The notes under the pieces: model-generated
Database searches by the model: none
Seen by the model: only the letters and a program-made list of their open reading frames with translations
What the model was told of the DNA's origin: nothing
Assembly: GCA_964547125.1 (NCBI GenBank)
Contig: CAZJLS010000005.1
Span: 1-48,065 of the forward strand
Source of the DNA: an uncultured Methanobacteriaceae archaeon
Lineage (GTDB): Archaea; Methanobacteriota; Methanobacteria; Methanobacteriales; Methanobacteriaceae
Length of the DNA: 48,065 bases
Reading direction: 5' to 3'
Made by a program: the position numbers and the translations under genes
In this document: positions 1 to 9,516 of the stretch, one piece after another
How positions within the stretch are numbered: position 1 is the stretch's first letter
How the letters are laid out: every line of letters starts with the position of its first letter

Positions 1-71
1 ACATCCATCATGACTCCACCTTTAGTCATTTTAGCAAATCCTTCTTTTAATACATCTGTTCCTTTTTTCAT
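1..71 (-). CDS. pdxS: Pyridoxal 5'-phosphate synthase subunit PdxS. Only the N-terminal 5' fragment lies in the window, starting at 71 and running off the window edge.
   Basis: Reverse-complement translation MKKGTDVLKEGFAKMTKGGVMMDV matches the conserved PdxS/SNZ N-terminus (KGG-V-MDV motif). Confidence 0.55.
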   Translation of the reverse strand, partial: MKKGTDVLKEGFAKMTKGGVMMD

Positions 72-221
72 GATTTTTTAAATCTCCTAATAAATTTATT
101 GAAAAGTAAAAAAATAGGGGCATAATTATTATAGTGAAATTTATGTTAAAAGTATTATTTATAAAGTACTATGAAAAAAAATAATATGCAATTAAGAGGT
201 AAAAATATTTTATCTAATCTA

Positions 222-614
222 TTACCATTTACGTTTAGATATTGCTTTTAAACGCTTTTTTTCTAAGTCTTTATATTCTTTACTTTTAAATATATTTTTT
301 TGTCTGTCTGTTCCACTACCTTCATTAGGCATTAATGTTACTAATGTTATTGTATTATCTTCACATGCAAATATCACACGTATTTCTGTGTATCTTTTTG
401 TATCTGGTGCTTTAAATATTACTTCATATTGATTATTTCCAGATTTATCCCATCTTAATGGTTCTTCATACATTACAGTATCTACAATAAATTCCCTACT
501 TATTCCATTATCTTGTAATCTTTGATTAAAATGTGTTGTTTCAAATATCCAATCAATATTTTTTGTATCTCCTACAATAAATTTGTCAAAGACATTCATT
601 TTTTTATTCCTCAA
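222..614 (-). CDS. Small 130-aa DUF4258-like (toxin-like fold) protein. It overlaps the upstream K+ channel gene by 11 nt.
   Basis: THFNQRLQDNGISREFIVDTV and IRVIFACEDNTITLVTLMP resemble the DUF4258 pattern (H..eR..eRgIS..ei ... vITv). It is on the same strand as, and overlaps, ORF 604..1422. Confidence 0.45.
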   Translation of the reverse strand: MRNKKMNVFDKFIVGDTKNIDWIFETTHFNQRLQDNGISREFIVDTVMYEEPLRWDKSGNNQYEVIFKAPDTKRYTEIRVIFACEDNTITLVTLMPNEGSGTDRQKNIFKSKEYKDLEKKRLKAISKRKW

Positions 615-1422
615 GAAGTTTATTTAATTTTTTATCTATTTGTTCCATTTTTTCTTCTAAGTTTTCTAATTTGTTTTTTAATTCATAATTTTCTTTTCGT
701 GATTTTTTTATTTCATGTTTTAATTTATCTCTTGTTATTTTTTCTGTTTTTTCCATATAAACTCCAGACATTGCTGCTGTGAATATACTTATGAAAAATA
801 CTCCAAGTATTACTGTTAATATTCCTATTATTTTTCCAGCATATGATGATGGTACTATATCTCCATATCCCACTCCAGATATTGTCACAATTAAGTACCA
901 TACTGCATCAAATAATGTGTAGAAAGAATTATCTAATGCATATAAGCTTATTACAGATACAATAATGTAAATTAGAAGTATTAATGATATTATTTGTAGT
1001 AATTGGTTTTGTATAAAATATCTTACTGAATTAGCATTTATTTTTTTAATGTTGAATACTCGAATTATTTGGAAGAATTGTAATATTCTAACTATTCTAA
1101 ATACTGCTAAATATCTTAGGAATATGAAGTTAAATGGTATTATTGAGATTATATCAATTATATGTGACCTTATAAATTTTAAAAGGGAATCATTTGATTG
1201 CATATATAATGATATTAGATTTAAAAATAGTATGAAACATACAAATAAATCAAAATATGCCATAAATACTAAATCTTCAATACCGATATCAAAAAAAGAT
1301 ATAGAGATTATGAATATTAAATCAATTATTATTAAGAGTATCAGAATTACATTTTTTAATTGAATTAATGTTGTTTTTCTTTTGTCGTTTGCTACTGTCT
1401 TATCCATAAAAATAATCCTCAT
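604..1422 (-). CDS. Voltage-sensor-containing (Kv/MVP-like, 6TM) potassium channel with a C-terminal coiled coil.
   Basis: K+ selectivity filter [13 protein letters not shown]4-like segment [21 protein letters not shown] has Arg at every third position. About six hydrophobic helices precede a charged coiled-coil tail. Confidence 0.8.
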   Translation of the reverse strand: MRIIFMDKTVANDKRKTTLIQLKNVILILLIIIDLIFIISISFFDIGIEDLVFMAYFDLFVCFILFLNLISLYMQSNDSLLKFIRSHIIDIISIIPFNFIFLRYLAVFRIVRILQFFQIIRVFNIKKINANSVRYFIQNQLLQIISLILLIYIIVSVISLYALDNSFYTLFDAVWYLIVTISGVGYGDIVPSSYAGKIIGILTVILGVFFISIFTAAMSGVYMEKTEKITRDKLKHEIKKSRKENYELKNKLENLEEKMEQIDKKLNKLLEE

Positions 1423-3107
1423 GTTACATATAAGTCATGGTAGTCGTCTCTTGCCATATTGTCAGTTAATTTGCTTATGTAATCCACTATTACTTCTATG
1501 AAAATATAATGGTTCTCAAGTAATGCTTTTAAGAATTTTTCACTATCCGTTAAGTTGTTGTTTTTATTGTTTATTGGAAGTAGGTGTTTTTTGAAGAATT
1601 CTTTTTTAAATTCTCCGTGTTTGTCTAGGATTTCTCTTTTGTTTAAGTTTTCTGGCCATTGTATTTGGTTTAATTTTTTTAGTTTTAAAATATCAAATAG
1701 TAAATCTAAATTAGATGGAGTTGATTCATATTCATCTTCTAAAAATATAGATATGTCTTGTAGATGTTCTACATCTTCATTTTCTAGTTTGATGTTGTAG
1801 TATGTTTTTGAATTATATTTTAAGAATTCTTGTATTAGGCTTAAGTATTCTTTTCGCATTTGTAAAGGGTTACTATAGTATGCTTTGAATAAATGTTTTA
1901 TTATGTATTCGGCTTTTGCGTCAAAACGACTTACTTCATAAGAGTTTATTATTTTATTTGTTATTAAGTTTTCTAGATTGTCATTGAATATTTGAGCTAC
2001 TGGTGAAAAGTTTATTAATTCTTTATTGAAATATGTTCTTTTAGAATTTTTGAATTGTGATTCTTCAATTATTTCTTTTAATTGATTGTTGTCTTTTATT
2101 TTTTTAATATTTTCCAGACTGTTTCTTGTTACATCAGATATGAAGTATGATATTAATTTTTTTGTCATTAATTCCCCACCGAACACTGTTGGGATTTCTG
2201 CACATTGTAAAAATTGTTCTTTTAGACTTTCAAGTTCATTACAATCATTTGGATGTTTTTGTTTGTTTTTTTCTATTATATTATCTATTATCTTGTTTAT
2301 TTTATTTTGGATGTCTTGTCTTAGGTATGGTTCTTGGAAGCAATCATCTAAGTCGTGTTCTCTTTGTGCTATTTCGTCAGCTACATTTACTATTTGTCCT
2401 TCCAATGTTACTGAGAATTTTTTAAAGTCATCTTCATTTATGTTTTCAGGATTGTATAGAAATTCTTCTATGAATTCTGGATCTTTTACGAATCTTTTCC
2501 AGTTCCAACTTTTATTGTCTTTTAAGATTCTTGTGTGTTTAATTATTCCTTCCAATACTTGCCATGTTAGATTTAATCCCCTATTATTTAAGTATTCTTT
2601 TTCTACTATGTCTAATATTTTTGCACTGTTGAAGTTGTGTTTAAATCCACCATAATCTATTTTTAATAATTTTCCATCAAATCCTTCGTTTCCTCTCATT
2701 ATATCGTCGAGTATTTTTTCACCTGCATGGCCAAATGGTGTGTGTCCTATGTCATGTCCTAGTGCTATTGCTTCAGCCAATCTTTCATTTAAGTGTAAAT
2801 TTGATGCTATTCCTCGTGATATTTGGTTTACTTCTAATGTGTGTGTTAGTCTTGTTCTATAGTGATCTCCTTTTTCATAAGAATGTACTTGTGCTTTGTG
2901 TTGTAATCTTCTGAAAGCTTTTGTATGTAATATTCTATCTTTATCTCTTGTGAATTCATCTCGGGTTTCTAATTTCCCACCGAATGAGCTTGAGCTTTCA
3001 TCTATTATTAACCTATCTTCTTTTTTAGGTTTTTGAGCTAAATTTTCCTCTATAAATTTTAATAGTTCAATTATTTCATTTTCATCTATAATATTTACAC
3101 ACACCAA
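1419..3107 (-). CDS. dgt: dGTP triphosphohydrolase-like HD-domain dNTPase (Dgt family).
   Basis: [39 protein letters not shown] and [14 protein letters not shown] are canonical Dgt/HD motifs. The stop overlaps the channel gene start (ATGA, 1419..1422). Confidence 0.85.
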   Translation of the reverse strand: MVCVNIIDENEIIELLKFIEENLAQKPKKEDRLIIDESSSSFGGKLETRDEFTRDKDRILHTKAFRRLQHKAQVHSYEKGDHYRTRLTHTLEVNQISRGIASNLHLNERLAEAIALGHDIGHTPFGHAGEKILDDIMRGNEGFDGKLLKIDYGGFKHNFNSAKILDIVEKEYLNNRGLNLTWQVLEGIIKHTRILKDNKSWNWKRFVKDPEFIEEFLYNPENINEDDFKKFSVTLEGQIVNVADEIAQREHDLDDCFQEPYLRQDIQNKINKIIDNIIEKNKQKHPNDCNELESLKEQFLQCAEIPTVFGGELMTKKLISYFISDVTRNSLENIKKIKDNNQLKEIIEESQFKNSKRTYFNKELINFSPVAQIFNDNLENLITNKIINSYEVSRFDAKAEYIIKHLFKAYYSNPLQMRKEYLSLIQEFLKYNSKTYYNIKLENEDVEHLQDISIFLEDEYESTPSNLDLLFDILKLKKLNQIQWPENLNKREILDKHGEFKKEFFKKHLLPINNKNNNLTDSEKFLKALLENHYIFIEVIVDYISKLTDNMARDDYHDLYVT

Positions 3108-3265
3108 GAAAGTTTTATTTAATAAAAATATTTTATTTTTTTATTATATAATGTTTAAGCAAATTATTAATAAAAAAATATGATTTAAATTTAAAATTAG
3201 TGTTTAAGTCTTAATTTTATATTTAAAAGGATAATGAGTGTGTATTTTTTTGTATAGTTTGATAT

Positions 3266-4681
3266 TTAATTTTGTTTTTTTATTGTATCAATTAATTTTG
3301 CCCAGAATTTGTGTTCATCCCCACAACCTGTAATTAGTATGTATTCGTATTTTGATTTATTTATTAATTCCATTATTTCTTTTATTCTATCATCTAAATC
3401 TTCTATTTCAAAGACTTCTGAATTAAATAGTGATTTAATTTTATTATAGTAAAATTTTCCTATTTTTGCACTTATTCTTCCAGGTATTACTGATACAAAG
3501 TCTGGTTTTAATTCTTTAATTACATTGAAATGGTCATCGAATATTTCTTCTTCCAATTCATCAGGTGTTGTGTATATGAAGTGTAATTTTTTATTTTTAA
3601 GATGTTGTTTCATAAATAATGAATTTACAAGTAATGCATCCCCATTATCTCCTTGACCCACACCTATTAATTTATCATTATATTTTATTATTTCAAATCT
3701 TCCTTGTGGAAGTATTGTTTCATTTAAGTTAGAATAGTATTTTTTAATATTTTTAAGGATGTTTTCTGGTTGTGGTGTGAATGTTGAATATGTTGTTATT
3801 GCACATAGTGCATTGTATAAGTTGTGTAATCCTAATATTGGTGTTTCTATTTTGGTTTTGAATTTAATTGGTATGTTTTTTGTTTGATTATAAGTATTTG
3901 CTTCTATTTCAATAATCCATTTATTATTTTTTGTCTCCAAACTATTGATTTTAACATTTAATTCTGGTTTTTTAAAACCACATGAGCAATAGTAATCTCC
4001 TCTGTGATTCATGTAGTGGTTGTGATAATTTAATGGTTTGCCACATTCTGGACAATTTGCTATTTGGCCTATTGTGTGTGTGATGTTTAAGTTTAAACCA
4101 TAGTATATGACATTTAAATCTTTTTCTTTGTATTTGCCTATGTGTGATGTGAATGGATCATCAGCATTAGTGATTACTGCTCCTTTTTTCATATTTTCTG
4201 TTAGTAATCTTTTTGCTTTAAGATATTCTTCAAATGGGTTTTTAACTCCTGCAACTTGAGTATGTTCTCTTGATATGTTCGTATATACAACACCTATTGG
4301 ATTTACTATTTTTTGTATTGTTTTTGGTTGTCCGTGCTCTATATCTCGTATACCATATTCAAAAATACCAAAATCTGCAGAATTATTTATTAAACCTGTA
4401 GTTAATGCATATATTGTATTATTATCAACACTTTTTGCGATTTTTGTATCCATAGACATTAAATCAATAATCATAGTTGTTGTTGTGGTTTTACCATTAG
4501 TTCCTGTTATGATTATTGAACCATTATTTATTTGGTCTTTTTCTAAAATACTTATGGTATCTATTCCCATTAATCTAATATAAACTAATCCAGGTAAACT
4601 TTTACCACCAGTTGGCAATATTTTAAGTGCAAGATTTAGTAGTTTGCATATTTGTTTTGATAAAGTATATTTCAATGCCAT
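3266..4681 (-). CDS. Mur ligase family protein, MurT-like, with a Cys4 zinc ribbon and a DUF1727-like C-terminus. Likely involved in pseudomurein peptide synthesis.
   Basis: P-loop IIITGTNGKTTTTTMI of the Mur ligase middle domain. CPECGKPLNYHNHYMNHRGDYYCSCG is a Cys4 ribbon as in MurT. The C-terminal region resembles DUF1727. Confidence 0.7.
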   Translation of the reverse strand: MALKYTLSKQICKLLNLALKILPTGGKSLPGLVYIRLMGIDTISILEKDQINNGSIIITGTNGKTTTTTMIIDLMSMDTKIAKSVDNNTIYALTTGLINNSADFGIFEYGIRDIEHGQPKTIQKIVNPIGVVYTNISREHTQVAGVKNPFEEYLKAKRLLTENMKKGAVITNADDPFTSHIGKYKEKDLNVIYYGLNLNITHTIGQIANCPECGKPLNYHNHYMNHRGDYYCSCGFKKPELNVKINSLETKNNKWIIEIEANTYNQTKNIPIKFKTKIETPILGLHNLYNALCAITTYSTFTPQPENILKNIKKYYSNLNETILPQGRFEIIKYNDKLIGVGQGDNGDALLVNSLFMKQHLKNKKLHFIYTTPDELEEEIFDDHFNVIKELKPDFVSVIPGRISAKIGKFYYNKIKSLFNSEVFEIEDLDDRIKEIMELINKSKYEYILITGCGDEHKFWAKLIDTIKKQN

Positions 4682-4802
4682 AGAATCTATTTAACCCCCT
4701 CTTCTAAAAAGAATAAAAAAAGCAGCTTTATTTTATTGTAACTAATATTATTATTTTATTATTTAAAATAGATAAATATTTGCTATGCAAAAAATAATAG
4801 AC

Positions 4803-7028
4803 TTATTTAATTATTAAATTCTCTTTAATGTCTTTATATAACTTAATTAAATGATCTTCACTCATATCAATTAAAGGTTCATACATAAAAGAATTTATGT
4901 GAATATTTTCAGGAGTCATTATATTGACTTTATCAAGTAATTCAAATACTATTCCTTCATCCCCTTTTTCTTGTTTATATCTTTTAAATAGTTCTTTTGT
5001 TTGATTTTTCTTTATTGTTTCTGGTTTTATATCTAAAAGTTGAAGAACATATTCTTCTGCTTTAAGCCTTATTGCTATTGATAAGACTATTTTTCTTTCA
5101 ATCCCAAAATCTCCTGTTGGATTATCTGATATTGCATTAGCTCTTTCAAATATTAGATCATATAATGTTCCTTTAAATGGAGATAAAGTCATCGCATATC
5201 TTTCATAAATATCCCTTACGTCACTCCATTTATATTTCTTACCTTCTGTTTTATAATGGAGTATGTTTGTTAGTTTTCTGTATATGTTTCCATCTCTTTT
5301 GTTTCGTTGATATAGTTCTGTTAGATTTCTTATAAATGGTAGTACTGCTATTACTGCATCTAGGTCATTTTTCTCTACTTTATCTTGTAATACTTTAAAG
5401 ATGTTTGATGTGTTTTTTTCTATATTGAAATTTTTAAGAGTTATATTTCCTTCATTTTTTAATGCATAGTATGTGTTTTTGTTATTGACTGTTAGTCTTG
5501 CTTTTACTGTGCGGTAAAAGTCGAAGTTATGTGTTAATATTATTAAGTTAAAGTTTGGATAGGTGCATAAATCGTTTAAGTATTCTATTATTGCATATTT
5601 ATTATTATAGTCGAATGAATCTGCTATATCATCCACTATTACTATTGATTCTTTGTCTTCTTTTTTTCTTTTTTCTAGTTCGTATAGTATGTTTAAGAGG
5701 TATATTGCTCTTTTTTGTCCTTCACTGTAGAATTTTTTTAATTGGTCGAAGCTTATTATATTTTCTTCTCCGAATTCATAGTCTATAAATTCTAGTTTTG
5801 GTGCATTTCCATTTAATATAACATCTTCTTTATTGTTTAATTGTAGTTTAAATGGTATGTTGAATCGTTTATTAAAAAGGTTTGTTACATTTTCCCATTC
5901 TGTTGCTTCATTACATGCTTGAATTCTTATTTTTTCCAAATTTTCTTTTTGTTCAGTGTAAGATTCATATAATTCATTGAGTAGTTCTTCTTCTTTTTTA
6001 ATTAAACTAATCCAATAATCATATTTTAAAGAATCCGTAGTATTTTCTTGGAATATTTTAATGAATTCCTGATTGTTAGCAAAGAAATCTTTAAAACTTG
6101 TTGTTGCCACTGTTTTATTAAGTTCATTATTTATATTTTCAAATTTATCTTTTAATTGAGAATCATTGAATATTCTACTGTTTTCTTTTTCAATTAATTC
6201 TTCTAATTCTTCAAAAGAGGTTATTTCAGATGGAATGTCCTTAAATTTTATAGTATGATTTGCTAGAAATAGATTATTCTTTTTAATATTTTTGGTTAAA
6301 GCATTTAAATGATTATTATCAAATTTGTTTTTAGAGTACAATGGCGATTCGTCTAAAAGTTTATCGAGTAAATTAACATATTCTTCCATTCCTTCTTTAA
6401 CTGTTTCATCTTTTAGGACTTTTTGAGCTTTATCTCCAAATAATAATTCATAACTAAAATCACTTAAATCAACATATTCTTCATTATAATCTTTTAATTC
6501 TAATAAAATATTTAAAAGATTTAATTCTGTTTCGAATACTTCTTGAAATTCTTTTTCAAATGTGAATTCTATTGTATTTCCTTTTTTAACTTTAAGTTTG
6601 GAGATTTTTTTTAAACGGTTTAAAAAGTCAGATTTTTTATCATTGATCTCTGCGCTAATTTCATCGTAGTCTTTTCTGTAATCTTCATTAACTATTAAAT
6701 CTGCTGCATGATTGAAATCATAATTTTCTTCAAATGTAGGTATTACATAGAAATATTCTTTAAAATCTTCTGTTTCTTCTAATTTAATTTCATCATCATT
6801 ATCTAAAATAATAGTAGCATCGATTTTTGGAGGAAGATTTAATACAATATTTTTAGGTTCAATTCCATTACACATGTCCCTAAAAGTATTTGTAAATGAT
6901 GTTTTCATAGTTCCATTAGGTGCATAAATAAGAATACTGTTATTTATATTGTTTTTTGTGAAATTAAAACTATCTTCTATTTTTTTTATTCCATGACAAT
7001 TTTCTAGTTTAAAGTTAAATTTTTTCAA
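4803..7028 (-). CDS. ABC/SMC-type ATPase (741 aa) with a long coiled-coil insertion and a C-terminal domain of unknown function. Possibly a PrrC/RloC-like or defence-type ATPase.
   Basis: N-terminal P-loop-like IYAPNGTMKTSF is degenerate. ABC signature-like SEGQKRAIYLL is followed by Walker B IVIVDD and H-loop LTHNFDF. About 290 aa of charged, heptad-like sequence lies between them. The C-terminal ~230 aa contain RKLTNILH (Rx6H). Confidence 0.6.
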   Translation of the reverse strand: MKKFNFKLENCHGIKKIEDSFNFTKNNINNSILIYAPNGTMKTSFTNTFRDMCNGIEPKNIVLNLPPKIDATIILDNDDEIKLEETEDFKEYFYVIPTFEENYDFNHAADLIVNEDYRKDYDEISAEINDKKSDFLNRLKKISKLKVKKGNTIEFTFEKEFQEVFETELNLLNILLELKDYNEEYVDLSDFSYELLFGDKAQKVLKDETVKEGMEEYVNLLDKLLDESPLYSKNKFDNNHLNALTKNIKKNNLFLANHTIKFKDIPSEITSFEELEELIEKENSRIFNDSQLKDKFENINNELNKTVATTSFKDFFANNQEFIKIFQENTTDSLKYDYWISLIKKEEELLNELYESYTEQKENLEKIRIQACNEATEWENVTNLFNKRFNIPFKLQLNNKEDVILNGNAPKLEFIDYEFGEENIISFDQLKKFYSEGQKRAIYLLNILYELEKRKKEDKESIVIVDDIADSFDYNNKYAIIEYLNDLCTYPNFNLIILTHNFDFYRTVKARLTVNNKNTYYALKNEGNITLKNFNIEKNTSNIFKVLQDKVEKNDLDAVIAVLPFIRNLTELYQRNKRDGNIYRKLTNILHYKTEGKKYKWSDVRDIYERYAMTLSPFKGTLYDLIFERANAISDNPTGDFGIERKIVLSIAIRLKAEEYVLQLLDIKPETIKKNQTKELFKRYKQEKGDEGIVFELLDKVNIMTPENIHINSFMYEPLIDMSEDHLIKLYKDIKENLIIK

Positions 7029-7097
7029 GGTTAATTCAACTCCTTAATTTTTTAAAATGTTACTATTTTTTATAATTATGATGTGAAATTTTAGTTT

Positions 7098-8102
7098 TTA
7101 TCCGAATTTGTAAACACAATCATGGCCTGGTGTTTTATAACAGAAGTTGCATGATATGCATTTAGATGGTTTTAAATTACCATTTTCCCATCTTCTAAGT
7201 AAGTGTGGTTCATATAAAAATGGTCTTGATATTCCTAAATATTCAATACTTGTTTCGTTTAAAATACGATTCATATTTTCAATACTTCTATGTCCACCAG
7301 TTAAAATAATTGGAGCACTTATTTCATTTTTTAATTTTATTGCACTATTTTTGAAATATGCCTCATTAGATGCATCTTGAATTATTGGTCTTGATGGTGA
7401 ATTCCCACTAACTTCAAATAAATCCATACCATTTTCATCTAAAATTTTACAAATATTTATAAAATCCTCTTCCAGTAAACCACCTTCAATATAATCTGAA
7501 GAATTTATCTTAATACTAATAATAAAATCATCACTTACAACAGATTTTATTTTCTCTAAAATATCTGTTAAAATTTTTGAATTTGAATTTTGTCCATACT
7601 CATCAGATCTATTATTATATAATGGACTTATAAACTTGCTTAAAAATAGAAAATGTGCTGCATGTATCTGCACACCATCATATCCCGCATTTTCTGCACG
7701 AATTGCTGCATCTTTAAATAAATCAGTTAACTTATCAATTTCTTCTTTTGGAATATTTGTTACTGTTTCAAGTCCATGAGTATGTAAATCAACAATACCT
7801 ATTTGTAAAAATATTAAACTTCCTTCTTTATGTATTGCTTCTGTTAATTCTTTATGTTTTTCTGCTAAAGTGTCATTATGAAATTGTAACATCCCATCTA
7901 CTATTTCATCATCAGGATGCACTGTTGCAATTCCAGTTATTATTCCAGCAATTTGTCCTTTTGCATATTCTTTATATACCTCTAGTATTTCAGGATTTAA
8001 TTCTCCAGTATTTTTTGCAAGGTTTAAGTATGTTGCTGAGCGAAAGACTCTATTTTTTAATTCTTTATTTTTTAACGTATTTTTATCAAATATTGATTTC
8101 AT
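7098..8102 (-). CDS. NADH:flavin oxidoreductase of the Old Yellow Enzyme family, with a C-terminal Cys cluster.
   Basis: TIM-barrel OYE-like layout (GIITGIATVHP, HAAHFLFLSKFISPLYNNRSDEYG, TGGHRS). CISCNFC is a CxxCxxC motif as in FadH/TMADH-type 4Fe-4S OYE homologues. Confidence 0.5.
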   Translation of the reverse strand: MKSIFDKNTLKNKELKNRVFRSATYLNLAKNTGELNPEILEVYKEYAKGQIAGIITGIATVHPDDEIVDGMLQFHNDTLAEKHKELTEAIHKEGSLIFLQIGIVDLHTHGLETVTNIPKEEIDKLTDLFKDAAIRAENAGYDGVQIHAAHFLFLSKFISPLYNNRSDEYGQNSNSKILTDILEKIKSVVSDDFIISIKINSSDYIEGGLLEEDFINICKILDENGMDLFEVSGNSPSRPIIQDASNEAYFKNSAIKLKNEISAPIILTGGHRSIENMNRILNETSIEYLGISRPFLYEPHLLRRWENGNLKPSKCISCNFCYKTPGHDCVYKFG

Positions 8103-8114
8103 TAATACACCTTT

Positions 8115-8687
8115 TTAGTATTTATAGCATTCATGTTCATGATTATCTAATATTCCAATTGATTCTAAGTATGAATAGATTGTTATAGATCCTACAAATT
8201 TCATTCCTTTGCTTTTTAAATCTTTTGATATTTTATCAGATAATGGTGATTTTGTTTTATAATTTTCATTTGTATCTTTTAATGTTTTCCCATCTGTAAA
8301 ACTCCAAACATACTTATCAAAGGAACCATATTCATTTTGTATTTCTTTAAATATTTTTGCATTGTTTATTGCGGATTCTATTTTACCTCTATGTCTTATA
8401 ATGTTTTTATTATTTAAGAGTTCTTCAATTTTTGTTTCATCATATTTTATTATTTTTTCTATATTGAATTTGTCAAATGCTTTTCTGAAGTGTTCTCTTT
8501 TTTTTAATATTGTTATCCATGATAATCCTGCTTGGAATGTTTCAAGTATTAAATTTTCAAATAGTTTAACATCATTATGTACTGGTTTGCACCATTCCTT
8601 GTCATGATATTTTATATAAATTTCTTCTGTTGCATTTACCCAACTACAACGTTTTTTAGTTTTCATTATTACCTCATTAATGTGCAA
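8115..8687 (-). CDS. tag: DNA-3-methyladenine glycosylase I (Tag). The true start is probably the internal Met at about 8666 (MKTKKRCSW).
   Basis: RCSWV, YHDKEWCKPVHNDVKLFENLILETFQAGLSW, KREHFRKAF and IIRHRGKIESAINNA match the Tag family consensus. Confidence 0.85.
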   Translation of the reverse strand: MHINEVIMKTKKRCSWVNATEEIYIKYHDKEWCKPVHNDVKLFENLILETFQAGLSWITILKKREHFRKAFDKFNIEKIIKYDETKIEELLNNKNIIRHRGKIESAINNAKIFKEIQNEYGSFDKYVWSFTDGKTLKDTNENYKTKSPLSDKISKDLKSKGMKFVGSITIYSYLESIGILDNHEHECYKY

Positions 8688-9081
8688 ATAAATAAATAAT
8701 AATTATCATTAAAAATATGAATCCAAATATAATTATTAAAAATAGAGCAGATTGATATGTTCTATTTACTTTTATTTTCTCCCATATTGATTTTGCATTT
8801 TTTGTTCTTATTGATTCTGCTGCTTTTGAATTTGGAGCATATTTCAATATTTCTTCATCAGACAATAAGCCTAGTTTTGGTTCTTTATTTATTGGTAATG
8901 TGAATATTTTATTGTTTTCTTTAACTAATCTTCTTATTTCTTGTTCTTTTAATTCTTCATCTATTCCCACATTACTTAGTGAAAGGTTTGGATATTTTGT
9001 TCCACATGCATTACATGTTACTATCCCGTTTACTTCTTCTAAGTTTCGACTTCCACAGTTTTCACATATAATATCAGACAA
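8677..9081 (-). CDS. Small TFB-type zinc-ribbon protein with a C-terminal transmembrane anchor. Paralog of 9087..9494.
   Basis: CENCGS...CNACGT ribbon, GLLSDEEILKYAPNSKAAESIR linker and a hydrophobic C-terminus FLIIIFGFIFLMIIIIYLF. Confidence 0.55.
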   Translation of the reverse strand: MSDIICENCGSRNLEEVNGIVTCNACGTKYPNLSLSNVGIDEELKEQEIRRLVKENNKIFTLPINKEPKLGLLSDEEILKYAPNSKAAESIRTKNAKSIWEKIKVNRTYQSALFLIIIFGFIFLMIIIIYLFAH

Positions 9082-9086
9082 TTAAA

Positions 9087-9494
9087 TCACCCCGTTAAAA
9101 GCCATATCAATAAAACTCCAACAGCAATTATTATTACAGGTATCAATGCCATTATAATTATCTGATACCAATCATTATACATTATTTTTTCTCTTATAGA
9201 TCCTGCATTTTTGAATTTTATCTCTTTGGCAGCATAAGAGTTTGGAGCATATTTTAATATTTCCTCATCAGTCAGTAAACCTATTCTTGGTTCTGTTTCA
9301 GAATTTGGTGAAGTTGCTTTTTTATTAGCATTAATTAAACGTTCTATTTCTTCTTTTCTTGCTTGTTCTTCAATTTCATTATATTGTGGAATTGTATCTT
9401 GTGAGTATATTGTTCCACAAGATTTACAAACTAATACTCCATCATCTTCTACAAGATGTGTGCTTCCACAGTTTTCACAAAATCTTCTAGGCAT
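9087..9494 (-). CDS. Small TFB-type zinc-ribbon protein with a C-terminal transmembrane anchor. Tandem paralog of 8677..9081.
   Basis: CENCGSTHLVEDDGVLVCKSCGT, the shared GLLTDEEILKYAPNSYAAKEI block, and a C-terminal TM IIIMALIPVIIIAVGVLLIWLL. Confidence 0.55.
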   Translation of the reverse strand: MPRRFCENCGSTHLVEDDGVLVCKSCGTIYSQDTIPQYNEIEEQARKEEIERLINANKKATSPNSETEPRIGLLTDEEILKYAPNSYAAKEIKFKNAGSIREKIMYNDWYQIIIMALIPVIIIAVGVLLIWLLTG

Positions 9495-9516
9495 AGCTAA
9501 TCACAAAAAATAAATT

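Noticed and set aside
522-782. Plus-strand 86-aa ORF overlapping the K+ channel and DUF4258-like genes
   Set aside because: It is a low-complexity Phe/Leu/Ile-rich translation of the antisense strand of convincing genes, typical of AT-rich DNA.
1049-2655. Several plus-strand ORFs (1049..1363, 1555..1800, 2086..2655, 2147..2425) inside the channel and dGTPase genes
   Set aside because: They are antisense to genes with strong motif support. They have no motifs and are hydrophobic low-complexity.
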